From assembly GCA_964520615.1 (NCBI GenBank), contig CAZFNL010000137.1, positions 7,140-71,139 of the forward strand: DNA of 64,000 nt, in the 5' to 3' direction. Shown one piece after another: positions 29,640-39,049 of this stretch. The DNA comes from an uncultured Gammaproteobacteria bacterium (GTDB taxonomy: Bacteria; Patescibacteriota; Microgenomatia; 2-02-FULL-39-11). The translations under genes were made by a program, and so were the position numbers. Position 1 is the stretch's first letter; every line of letters begins with the position of its first letter. The notes beneath the pieces are model-generated. The model ran no database searches, had not been told where the DNA came from, and saw nothing but the letters and a program-made list of their open reading frames with translations.

Positions 29640-30962
29640 TTAAACTAAAGATTTCTGAATTTCAGCTGATAAATTACTTATTTTTACCCTTATCTGTACA
29701 GTTGTATCGCGGTTTCGTATAGTCACCGTATCATCCTTTAATGTATCATAATCTACAGTGATACACCAAGGAGTACCAGCCTCATCCTGGGCGAAATATC
29801 TTTTACCTATATTTCCCCTAGCATCCCAGTATATCATCATTTCGCTTCTAAGCTCATTATAAATTTTCTTGGCTTTCTCAACAAGTTCAGGTTTGTTGGC
29901 TACAAGCGGAAAGACTGCAGCTTTATAAGGAGCAAGCCTTGGGTGAATCTTCATGACAACCCGGTCTTTTTCTTCATGATAAGCATCAATAAGGAAAAAA
30001 AGGGCGGACCTATCTACACCCGCAGAAGTTTCTATATCCCAAGGAATATATTTTTCCCCGGAAAACGGGTCCATATAGGACATATCCTGCCCGCTATATT
30101 TCTGATGTCGAGTCAAATCCCAATCTCCACGATGGTGAATACCCATAAATTCAGACCATCCCCACGGTGAATTATATTCAATATCTGTAGCTGCTCTGGC
30201 ATAATGTGCTCTTTCTTTATCCGTATGGTCTCTAAATCTCAAATTCCCCTTTATCATGCCCAATTTCAAATACCAATCCATTCTGTCTTTTTTCCAGAAA
30301 TTAAACCACTTCTCACCTTCTTTTTCATCAGGTTTTATATAAAATTGAACCTCCATCTGCTCAAATTCTCTCGATCTGAATGTAAAATTACCGGGTGTAA
30401 TCTCATTTCTGAAAGCTTTTCCTATCTGAGCAATACCAAAAGGTATTCTAACCCTTGTAGAATCAAGAACATTCCTAAAATTCACATGTACTCCATTTGT
30501 TATTTCTCCCCTCAAATATATTTCTGACTGCTTCCCCTCAATTACTCCCAAGTATGCCTTAACAAGAAGGTTGAATTTTTGGGGTTTGGTCCATTCCACT
30601 TTGATATTTTTTTCATTATTTTCTTTCGCGTGAGCTTCTTCATGTTCATTAATCTCTTCGCTCTTATCAGCCCTAAACCTTGCATGACAGATCTTACACT
30701 CTACTAACGGATCAACAAATGCCTCCACGTGTCCTGAAGCTACCCAAGCCTGAGGATTCATCATGATTGCCGCATCAATTCCCACAATATCATCCCGCAG
30801 TTGCACCATATCTTTCCACCAGAGATCTTTGATATTCTTCTTTAACAATACCCCTAAGGGTCCATAATCCCAAGTTCCGCCCAATCCTCCATAAACTTCA
30901 CTCCCGGGATAAATAAATCCCCTCCTTTTGCAAAGACTAACAATTTTCTCGAGTTGTACCAT
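29640..30962 (-). CDS. glyS: Glycyl-tRNA synthetase, homodimeric (alpha2) type
   Basis: CKRRGFIYPGSEVYGG, YGPLG, GKAFRNEITP, REFEQME, RYFAQDEAGTP anticodon domain. ATG at 30962. Confidence 0.97.
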   Translation of the reverse strand: MVQLEKIVSLCKRRGFIYPGSEVYGGLGGTWDYGPLGVLLKKNIKDLWWKDMVQLRDDIVGIDAAIMMNPQAWVASGHVEAFVDPLVECKICHARFRADKSEEINEHEEAHAKENNEKNIKVEWTKPQKFNLLVKAYLGVIEGKQSEIYLRGEITNGVHVNFRNVLDSTRVRIPFGIAQIGKAFRNEITPGNFTFRSREFEQMEVQFYIKPDEKEGEKWFNFWKKDRMDWYLKLGMIKGNLRFRDHTDKERAHYARAATDIEYNSPWGWSEFMGIHHRGDWDLTRHQKYSGQDMSYMDPFSGEKYIPWDIETSAGVDRSALFFLIDAYHEEKDRVVMKIHPRLAPYKAAVFPLVANKPELVEKAKKIYNELRSEMMIYWDARGNIGKRYFAQDEAGTPWCITVDYDTLKDDTVTIRNRDTTVQIRVKISNLSAEIQKSLV

Positions 30963-30970
30963 ATACAAAT

Positions 30971-31102
30971 AAAAAACCCGTCCTAATATAATTAGGGACG
31001 AGTTTAAATTACCCGCGGTTCCACCCTTCTTTTCCGAGTATTCATCGGAACACTTTTTGTATTTCTGCAGTTCACCTATGCCATTAGGATCATTACTGCA
31101 AA
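30971..31102 (-). ncRNA. Glycine T-box riboswitch (minimal, transcriptional attenuator)
   Basis: T-box AAGGGTGGAACCGCGGG; antiterminator AGGG/CCCT and GCGGG/CTCGT; overlapping terminator ending in T6; Stem I with kink-turn and GGC specifier; Stem III TTCCGA-N7-TCGGAA. Confidence 0.9.
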
Positions 31103-31115
31103 TCTAATTATATCT

Positions 31116-31143
31116 ATTATAAACGACCAACTAGCATTGTCAA
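31116..31143 (-). promoter_or_regulatory. Sigma70 promoter of the glyS leader
   Basis: TTGACA (31143-31138)-N16-TATAAT (31121-31116); predicted TSS about 31109. Confidence 0.85.
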
Positions 31144-31213
31144 TAGAATTAAAACACGGCTGTCCATTTCAGAGATTAGTATATTAGATAAAATCATGAA
31201 CACTAAGGTTAGT

Positions 31214-31771
31214 TTACAACTTTCGTAAAAGACTATCACTCTTCAGGTTTTTCTCCATCACTTCGGAAAGAAATCTTTCAAGCTCCTCTCCTTTAACCAA
31301 GTTTTTCCTTGGTAAATACCCTAACTCAATAAGTAACTCCAATATAAAATCATCAACTAAGCTTTTTAGATTATCTCCTTGCAACAGGTTTAGTTGAAGC
31401 AACGTTTTTTGACAGAGTAAATAAACCTGGTAATGATCTTCTCTCTCAGGACAAAGCCTATCAATTACCTCAGCGATACGATAAGCAAATGCTACTTTAT
31501 TCAAGTCTGTCTTAATTTCTCTATACACTTGTATCGTCTGAACCTCCGTCAAGATATCAAAATTTCTTCCTTTAGTTGCGTAAGCTGATATATCATTAAA
31601 AAGTTCCAGATGGGGAGCACGACGGCTGTTTATTTTCCTTATTCCTTTGGCAATTAAGATTATCTTTCCTTGGTTTTTAGTCAACACCGTTACCAATTTA
31701 TCCGCTTCTCTATAATTCAGCCTTTTTATGACGATTCCCTCTATCTTATATGACTTGAAACTTCTATCCAT
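31214..31771 (-). CDS. recO: DNA repair protein RecO (short, no Zn finger)
   Basis: GIVIKRLNYREADKLVTVLT..GKI..IAKGIRKINSRR..HLELF. Confidence 0.95.
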   Translation of the reverse strand: MDRSFKSYKIEGIVIKRLNYREADKLVTVLTKNQGKIILIAKGIRKINSRRAPHLELFNDISAYATKGRNFDILTEVQTIQVYREIKTDLNKVAFAYRIAEVIDRLCPEREDHYQVYLLCQKTLLQLNLLQGDNLKSLVDDFILELLIELGYLPRKNLVKGEELERFLSEVMEKNLKSDSLLRKL

Positions 31772-31817
31772 ATAAATATCATACCAAAGTGAATAACTCT
31801 TATATTCCTATTATAAA

Positions 31818-31914
31818 GTGAGGCTCCCCGTCCTTATGCCCGGGGCTTCCTCCAGAGAAAAAATTTGCATTCATCTCTATGGCTAAAGCCCAAAGATTTC
31901 TGCGAAGGATTAAA
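31818..31914 (-). mobile_element. IS200/IS605-derived miniature palindromic element (PATE-like), about 97 bp
   Basis: Minus strand TTTAA-TCCTTCGCAGAAATCTTTGGGC-TTTA-GCCATAGAGATGAA (left-end hairpin) ... GAAGCCCCG-N10-CGGGGAGCCTCAC (right-end hairpin plus TCAC). Confidence 0.7.
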
Positions 31915-31934
31915 TTTATATTTCAGGAGATGGA

Positions 31935-33875
31935 TTAGAGCTGAAAAGTGACTGTTTTATCAGTCAGAAGAAAAAACTGATCAATTTGTTTCCCATTATA
32001 ATAAATAGTATATTGCGGATTGTCGGTTCCAGGCTGCTTTTGTATCAATAGTTTATACACATCGCCTTTCTTTACCTTAAATGGAAGGTTATATTTGACT
32101 ACCACCTGAGCTGCACCTTCTGGCTTGACCGTCATAAATCCTTCAAAAACAGTCTTGCCCAACTCATCATAGGTTGAAGTGGTTTTTTCTGATCCCACAA
32201 AAGAAGTTAACTTTGAACCGGAAGGCACATAGAATCTCAACCAATTACGCAAGATTCCGTTAAGACAGAGTTGTCCTGCTTCCAAATTACAGTTGCTGGG
32301 AGGTGAAGGGTTTTTATAATTTATAGTTACTGTTTCAGCTACACTTCCATCATCTGTTACATTTATCTCCTGTTTCACCGAAAACTTTACGAACAAATTT
32401 GATTTGGCTCCTGCAAAATTCACATTACTGATGTGTAAATAATCACCATCAAACGGCACTATTCTACCGGCAAAATTTAGGGCTTCGATACCTTTTTGCG
32501 CCTCTTGGTTATGGAAATAAAATAAAACATGCTTTTGTTGCGCTTCAGTTAAAAACATTTCTATAAGTTGTCCCCAGTATTTGGAGGGTGAAACGCCTAA
32601 AGCTCTCTGCATTATCTGGTACAGTAATACTCCAATTATATCTTTCCTCTCCGTATTGAAAGTAGCCAAAGGCTTGGCTGAATAGTCTTCAAGCTCATAT
32701 ATAGCTTTAGGACAATCACACCTAGGATCATTCTGCGCACTAAATTGACGGCCTGCAATATTGAAATCTCCCAATATTTTTATCGCATCAACCAATACAT
32801 GCGTATCTACAGCCACGATACCATCAAATGGAGGTAAATCAGGTACCGAATCCTTCAACATACTTTCAAGTTTCTGCATGGACACAACATAATCTGGAGA
32901 TAGATTGCTATCTCGCAACTCAAGAGTGTTGACCTTAATATGATATTTCAGTATAGGCGGAGGCGCTGGAAATGTCTTAGTTTTTGCTGCATCAAGTTTA
33001 TATATATCATCAGCTTTTATGACTTGCATCTTACCTTTATCTACCTTAAAAAGGGCATAACCTGTAATGAATCCTCCTGTAGCACGAAGTTCAGCATCGT
33101 TTTGGAAAAGAACCATATAGGTTTTGGGGTCTTTATTGCCTAAAAGCGTGGGGAGTTCCTTCAAGAATGGTTGAGCGTCAACAAAGAGCTTGGCTGTTGC
33201 GGAAAAAAGATTCTTTGCCGCTACAATTCGGCCTCTTATCGGTAATGACCCTAATTGTTCCGGATAACGGTTTGGGTCGATCTGATCAAGTTCATTCCCG
33301 GTGATATTAATTTTGGCGGCAATATCCGATAGTTTAGGCGTCACTTTATCCAAAGTCTCCACAGCAAGTTTTATCCTATCGTCAGCACTCCCTTCTACAA
33401 AAGATGATTTACCCTTCAATCCCAAAAGATCAGCGTATGGAACAAGCGTTGTGACTGTAATCTGTGCTGCCTGAACCCCTGCAATTCCTCCTGTAACCAT
33501 ATGTTGGAAATCTTTTTCATATGATCCTAAAAAAGGAACGTAACTAACCCATGCGACTTTACCCAATTGGCTATTTACGTTTTCTAAGTTGGACTCCAAT
33601 TCAGTAAGTTTCACTTGAGACGAAGCTATATCCTTGCTTTTTATTGCGAAATAAGCTTCTTTAGCAGAATTGGCGGATTTCTGTACAGCAAAGTAGAGAT
33701 TTCTTCCCGGAATAATGAGTGCTGCCAGAAAAATTACTATTAGTATAAGAAATACTGCTAGGACTGTACCTATTATCTTTAATGTCTTTTTCTCTCCGGC
33801 AGAATTTCGACGTTTTGAAACTATTTCTTTTCTTGATGGTGTTTTTCCAAAAGTTACTTGTTTGAATCCATCCAT
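31935..33875 (-). CDS. DUF4012-domain membrane-anchored protein
   Basis: TM, helical region, YMVLFQNDAELRATGGFI, LRDSNLSPD, DGIVAVD, KQPG. Confidence 0.85.
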   Translation of the reverse strand: MDGFKQVTFGKTPSRKEIVSKRRNSAGEKKTLKIIGTVLAVFLILIVIFLAALIIPGRNLYFAVQKSANSAKEAYFAIKSKDIASSQVKLTELESNLENVNSQLGKVAWVSYVPFLGSYEKDFQHMVTGGIAGVQAAQITVTTLVPYADLLGLKGKSSFVEGSADDRIKLAVETLDKVTPKLSDIAAKINITGNELDQIDPNRYPEQLGSLPIRGRIVAAKNLFSATAKLFVDAQPFLKELPTLLGNKDPKTYMVLFQNDAELRATGGFITGYALFKVDKGKMQVIKADDIYKLDAAKTKTFPAPPPILKYHIKVNTLELRDSNLSPDYVVSMQKLESMLKDSVPDLPPFDGIVAVDTHVLVDAIKILGDFNIAGRQFSAQNDPRCDCPKAIYELEDYSAKPLATFNTERKDIIGVLLYQIMQRALGVSPSKYWGQLIEMFLTEAQQKHVLFYFHNQEAQKGIEALNFAGRIVPFDGDYLHISNVNFAGAKSNLFVKFSVKQEINVTDDGSVAETVTINYKNPSPPSNCNLEAGQLCLNGILRNWLRFYVPSGSKLTSFVGSEKTTSTYDELGKTVFEGFMTVKPEGAAQVVVKYNLPFKVKKGDVYKLLIQKQPGTDNPQYTIYYNGKQIDQFFLLTDKTVTFQL

Positions 33876-33879
33876 ATTA

Positions 33880-34539
33880 CTAAACAGCACCTTTGCCTGT
33901 AATCATTGCAAAAGGAGTTTTTAAGAGAATTTTTACATCATACCATAAAGAGCGATGATTTACATAATCCGCATCCATGGCTATTCTTTTATCAAAATTA
34001 ACCTCTGATCGCCCGGATACTTGCCAATAACCTGTAATACCGGGTCTTATTGACAATACTTTTTTAACTAGATCTCTTGTTTTGGGATATTTTTTTTGCT
34101 GGTTTACTAGTTCATCAGGATAATAAGCCCTAGGCCCCACTAAACTCATATCTCCACAAAGCACATTAAGAAGCTGAGGAATTTCATCCAGAGAATGTTT
34201 TCTTATCATTTTTCCTAAAGAGGTGACACGAGGATCTTCTTTCAATTTATAACTGTTTTTTTTATATTGTTCATAAAGCAATCTCAATTTTGGATCCTTT
34301 CGTAACATCTGGTGAGCATTGACTACCATGGAACGAAATTTATACATCTTAAATAATTTTCCCTGCCTACCTACCCTCTCGGGAGTATCGGCAAATACAG
34401 GTCCCTCCGAATCCATCTTGATTGCGAAAGCCAAAATTAGACATATTGGCGAAAATAAAACAAGCAGTACTAAAGAGCCAACGATATCAATAAATCTTTT
34501 GAGGGTATTATCGTATAAATCGTATCTGAATATATTCAT
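33880..34539 (-). CDS. Priming polyprenyl-phosphate sugar transferase (Bac_transf)
   Basis: KRFIDI, YKFRSM, DPRVT, SLDEIPQL, MSLVGPR, PGITGYWQVSGR. Confidence 0.95.
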   Translation of the reverse strand: MNIFRYDLYDNTLKRFIDIVGSLVLLVLFSPICLILAFAIKMDSEGPVFADTPERVGRQGKLFKMYKFRSMVVNAHQMLRKDPKLRLLYEQYKKNSYKLKEDPRVTSLGKMIRKHSLDEIPQLLNVLCGDMSLVGPRAYYPDELVNQQKKYPKTRDLVKKVLSIRPGITGYWQVSGRSEVNFDKRIAMDADYVNHRSLWYDVKILLKTPFAMITGKGAV

Positions 34540-34620
34540 AAACCGACTTTCCCGAACTAACTTCAATACTCAGCCTAAACGGTTTTAAACATTTATTCGT
34601 TCACAGCTTGTAATATCTTT

Positions 34621-35703
34621 TCAAATCAGGTGTTCATTTTCAGATTTAGCAAGACTCTCTACCAGTTTTTTAATTTTCGGAACTGAATTTTTATGACAAA
34701 TGAGTACTACATCATTAGTATTTATAACCAAATAACCATTAAGATCAATAGTCACTACCATCTGATTGGTATAATTATATATAAGACTATCATGACAATC
34801 AGTTACTAATACTTTTCCCTGAATAACATTTTGCTCAGGGGATGACTGCAAAGCCTCTTTAAGCGCCTCCCAAGCACCGATATCACTCCAACCAAGATTC
34901 TCACATACCACTAAAGCGTCACTTTCGGATATATTCTCCAATATCGCATTGTCGAATGAAATCTTACTAAGTAAACCATAATTTTCTCTTAACACAGTCT
35001 GAAAACTCTTTGTCCCATAAGCTTTATAAACTTTCTCCAAAATCTTAAACATTTCGGGTTGAAACTTCTTATATAGTTCCCATAAAAATGAAGACGTAGT
35101 CACAAAGTAACCTACGTTCCATGAATAACTGCCATCTTTATAAAATTTTTCCGCTTTTTTGAGTTCAGGTCGATAATGGAATTTCTCGAAAGAATAAAAA
35201 TCAACACCCTCAAAAGTGCGCTTCTTCTCTCCGTATTTTATCCAACCCAGATTTTGACTGGCAAATCGGGGTTTCTGTCCTATAAAAATAATCTTATTTT
35301 TTTGTTTTCTGACTATCTCGGCGCATGTTTTTATAATTTTTTTGAAAAAATCCTCTTGACGCACGATATGATCGCTCCAAAGTATCACAATCGGTTCCTC
35401 GGGAAAATTTCTTAGCAAACTTAAAGTCATAAGTCCCACCGCTGGACCAACATCCCTGGTTTCAGGTTCTAGGATTAAATTTTCTTTTGGAATATTTGGT
35501 AATTGTGAAATTACTATATGTTCATATCTATCAGAGGTTGCAATATAAATATCTTCCCAATTCAAATCGGGTAAAAGTCTTTCAGCAGCAAGCTGAAGAG
35601 TCGACTTATCCCCTATAACTTTCTCGAATTGTTTAGGAGAACTGCGTCTTGACAATGGCCAAAGCCGTGTTCCTACTCCACCTGCAAATACGATAGCTTT
35701 CAT
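34621..35703 (-). CDS. manC: Mannose-1-phosphate guanylyltransferase
   Basis: FAGGVGTRLWPLSR..PKQF, WSDH, ISFDNAILE, WSDIGAW. Confidence 0.9.
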   Translation of the reverse strand: MKAIVFAGGVGTRLWPLSRRSSPKQFEKVIGDKSTLQLAAERLLPDLNWEDIYIATSDRYEHIVISQLPNIPKENLILEPETRDVGPAVGLMTLSLLRNFPEEPIVILWSDHIVRQEDFFKKIIKTCAEIVRKQKNKIIFIGQKPRFASQNLGWIKYGEKKRTFEGVDFYSFEKFHYRPELKKAEKFYKDGSYSWNVGYFVTTSSFLWELYKKFQPEMFKILEKVYKAYGTKSFQTVLRENYGLLSKISFDNAILENISESDALVVCENLGWSDIGAWEALKEALQSSPEQNVIQGKVLVTDCHDSLIYNYTNQMVVTIDLNGYLVINTNDVVLICHKNSVPKIKKLVESLAKSENEHLI

Positions 35704-35793
35704 AACTTACAAATTGGATAAAACCTCTTTGGTTATAACCGACTTTAAAAACCGCCTGCAAATACAATAACCTTCATAACTTGTGTTTTACCT

Positions 35794-36909
35794 CTATGAT
35801 ATTTTTTCCTTCCACCATTGGTAAACCTTCTTTTTTATATTTTCCTTAAAAAAAGATTGAGAAAAACGTAAGGCATTTTCTCGACAGTAAGATGGTAAGT
35901 ATTTTTTTTGTGAAAATCTCGATAAGGCCGAAATCAAACTGCGTTCGTCTCTATGATCATATAGCTCTCCCGTCTGTCCGGATATAACTGTTTCTGCCAG
36001 TCCTCCCGCATTTAAGCCAACCACGGGTTTTCCACAGGCTTGTGCTTCAACTGATGTTAAACCAAAATCCTCCTCCCCGGGAAATATAAGAGCTATGCTT
36101 TTCTGATAATAGCAACAAAGTTTCTCATCTGTCAAATTACTGGAAATAAAATCAATATTCTTACCTGCTATATTTTTCAGTCTTTTTTCATCTATTCCGT
36201 CACCGATAATCTTCAGTTTCCAACCAAGATGATTAAATACCCTTATCGCGTAATCAATTCCCTTATAGGGAACAAGCCTTGAAACTATCAGAAAATAATC
36301 GCCTTTACCAGTTATTTTCTTTTCCATTCTAAATATATCAGTTTTTACCGGCGGAAAAATGATTTCGGATTCTTTTCCATAATATTTCTTTATTCTAACA
36401 GCTACAGCCTTTGATATGGCTATATATTTATCCGGTCTTTGAGATGAAATATAATCCCATCGGCGAAATGACGGTGAAGTAACCTTCATTACAATCCTTG
36501 CAACAGGATTTAAAACACCCATCCCAGGCTCTTTCAGATATTCATCATAACCACTCCAAAGATATCTAGTTGGTGTAAGACAATAGCATATATGTAAAGT
36601 CTGTGGTTTGGTAATTATGCTTTTGGCATCAGCTGAGGAGATCGAAATTACCACGTCAAATTTATCAAAGTCAAAAGACTCAAACGTATATGCAGTTAAA
36701 ACAGGAAACAGTTCATGTTTGGTGGAAGAAAAAGGTAGACTATCCAAAAATGAAGTCTTCACTTCAAATGCATCCGCCCATTTTGCTTTTTTCTTATCAT
36801 AAACTGCAGTATAAAGCGGTGCATTAGGCCAAATCTGGTGAAGTGAAAGTAAAACTCTTTCAGCTCCGCCGAATTTATTCACCTTATCATAAACTAATGC
36901 AATTTTCAT
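35794..36909 (-). CDS. GT4 glycosyltransferase (WbaZ-like mannosyltransferase)
   Basis: GGAERVL, CLTPTRYLW, EEDFGLTSVEAQACGKPV. Confidence 0.92.
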   Translation of the reverse strand: MKIALVYDKVNKFGGAERVLLSLHQIWPNAPLYTAVYDKKKAKWADAFEVKTSFLDSLPFSSTKHELFPVLTAYTFESFDFDKFDVVISISSADAKSIITKPQTLHICYCLTPTRYLWSGYDEYLKEPGMGVLNPVARIVMKVTSPSFRRWDYISSQRPDKYIAISKAVAVRIKKYYGKESEIIFPPVKTDIFRMEKKITGKGDYFLIVSRLVPYKGIDYAIRVFNHLGWKLKIIGDGIDEKRLKNIAGKNIDFISSNLTDEKLCCYYQKSIALIFPGEEDFGLTSVEAQACGKPVVGLNAGGLAETVISGQTGELYDHRDERSLISALSRFSQKKYLPSYCRENALRFSQSFFKENIKKKVYQWWKEKIS

Positions 36910-38033
36910 CAGACTTTGCCATTAAAAACATTTTCATAAAGTTCTAGTGTCTGGAAAGCAGTCTTTTTCCAGCTGTACTTTGAAAGTCTTCTTGAAGCTT
37001 TAGTTACAATTCCTCTATAAAGTTTAGAATTCATATCTAATACCCCTAAAATCCTGTCTGCAATTGCCTCGAAATTATAGGGATCAAAAAAAGGCAAATC
37101 TTTATCCCAGATTTCACGAAACACAGGTATATCTGAAATAACAGGTATCTTTCCGCAGGAAAGCGCCTCAAGCGTAGGCAAACCAAATCCTTCCATCAGT
37201 GACGGAAACACCAAACATGAGGAAAAGGTGTAAAGATTGATAAGTTGCTTATCGTTAGCCTCGCCAAAAAAAACCACGTCATTGCCTATCCCATGCTTCT
37301 GAGCGATATCTTTTAACCTTGGATAGAAGTATTTATCATCTCCTGCCAATACTAATTTATAATCTGGCTTATTTCTTTTTATTTTTTTAAAGGCAAGAAG
37401 TGTGCGCTCCAAATTCTTATGTGGATAAGCGTTACCAACATAAAGCACATATTGAAAAGTATAATATTTTTCCGGATGGTAATTTCTCAAAGTATTGGCA
37501 AAACTTCTATCCAAGGCATCGTAAGTGACGTGTATACGTTTTGGAGGAACCCTATAATGATCGATGATTTCTTGTTTCGTGGTCTTGGAAATCGCGACAA
37601 TCGTCTCTGCTCTTTTTATTCCCCTTGCTATGGAAAATCTATATCCTAAACGCTTTGCTTTATATAAAACCGTAGGCAATGTGCTGGCTCTCCCGGTATC
37701 GAAATGATCAACAATTAAATCATGTATAGTCAATATGTATTTTTTTGGGTATAAAACAGGAACATTAAAATAAGTAAAATGAGCGGCGTCAAGTCTGTCT
37801 GCCAAGAGTATTCTGGGCATGACATATTGTTCTTTTACTGTATGCCACGGGATATCAGCTAATCTTTTGTGCCAACGTATGTTAGGAGGAGAAAACTCGT
37901 TAAATTCTTTTCTTAGCAAATATACAAAATAGTCATTCTTAATATCAATTTGAGATAACTCCTCAATAAGATTTCGTATATATCTTCCTACTCCGGTTTG
38001 ATGATAAAGCCGTGCATCAATTCCTATGCGCAT
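36909..38033 (-). CDS. GT4 glycosyltransferase
   Basis: GIDAR..TGVGRY, TIHDL, PSLMEGFGLPTLEA. Confidence 0.92.
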   Translation of the reverse strand: MRIGIDARLYHQTGVGRYIRNLIEELSQIDIKNDYFVYLLRKEFNEFSPPNIRWHKRLADIPWHTVKEQYVMPRILLADRLDAAHFTYFNVPVLYPKKYILTIHDLIVDHFDTGRASTLPTVLYKAKRLGYRFSIARGIKRAETIVAISKTTKQEIIDHYRVPPKRIHVTYDALDRSFANTLRNYHPEKYYTFQYVLYVGNAYPHKNLERTLLAFKKIKRNKPDYKLVLAGDDKYFYPRLKDIAQKHGIGNDVVFFGEANDKQLINLYTFSSCLVFPSLMEGFGLPTLEALSCGKIPVISDIPVFREIWDKDLPFFDPYNFEAIADRILGVLDMNSKLYRGIVTKASRRLSKYSWKKTAFQTLELYENVFNGKV

Positions 38034-38052
38034 TTTTGAGATTTAAAACTTA

Positions 38053-38958
38053 TTAACCCAGTGCAGCAAGACTTAAATATTCTTTCAATTTAATTCCCCA
38101 AAGCACAACTGTCTTTATCCACACTGGATACTTTTTTTTATAATGCTTCTCGTAAAAAATCCTCATTACCTCAAATCTTGACCTTGTGGCCAAATATTTT
38201 ATTTTTTTATCAGCCAAGGACAAATGTTGGCTATGCTTTTTAATACCACCCGATACGCCTTTATAATGCAGTATAGAGGTAGTTGGCACGTACATAATCT
38301 TCCATCCTGCATTTTTTACTTTATAACAAAAATCTATATCCTCTCCATACCAGAAATAGTCCTCATCCAACCAATCCACTCTTTCCCCCACTTCTCTTCT
38401 TATCAAAAGGAACGCACCGACACAACTGTCTATCTCATGAACTTGCTCCATATTCCCAAAACCCAAGTGGTATCCGTTAAAAAATCTGCTGTAGGGAAAA
38501 AGTTTTGCCAGTCCGGCAAAATGACAAAAAGCGTTCCACGGAGTAGGAAATCCCCTATGGCAGGCATCATCTATCTGTCCTCCCGGAAGATTCACTTTAC
38601 ATGTGGCCGCTCCAACTTCAACATTCTTTTCCATAAATTTTAACATTATCTCAAGTGTATCTTTCTTAACAATCGTATCAGGATTAAGTAGAAGAACGTA
38701 TTTACCTAGGGATTTCTTTATTGCCTGGTTATTTGCTTTTGCGAAACCGATGTTTTCACTGTTTTTTATAAGATTGAGGTAAGAAAAAGTTTTTTTTATT
38801 CTTTCTGCTTCTTTATTACCTGAATTGTTATCAACGATGATGATTTCTATCTTCTTAAATATTATGTTGCTTCGTTCTATGGATTCGAGGCATTCAGACA
38901 AAAAACTGTAGGTATTAAAGTTGACAATTATTACAGATAAAATAATATCCCGTTTCAT
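38053..38958 (-). CDS. GT2 glycosyltransferase (WbbL-like)
   Basis: VDNNS, GFAKANN, LLNPD, YGEDIDFC. Confidence 0.92.
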   Translation of the reverse strand: MKRDIILSVIIVNFNTYSFLSECLESIERSNIIFKKIEIIIVDNNSGNKEAERIKKTFSYLNLIKNSENIGFAKANNQAIKKSLGKYVLLLNPDTIVKKDTLEIMLKFMEKNVEVGAATCKVNLPGGQIDDACHRGFPTPWNAFCHFAGLAKLFPYSRFFNGYHLGFGNMEQVHEIDSCVGAFLLIRREVGERVDWLDEDYFWYGEDIDFCYKVKNAGWKIMYVPTTSILHYKGVSGGIKKHSQHLSLADKKIKYLATRSRFEVMRIFYEKHYKKKYPVWIKTVVLWGIKLKEYLSLAALG

Positions 38959-39049
38959 AAACTTAAAAATTTACAAATTAAATCTATTTGATGTCCTTTT
39001 GTCTAATCTCAAGGTTTTTGATGATCTTTCGACTGTAAAGCATAATCTC

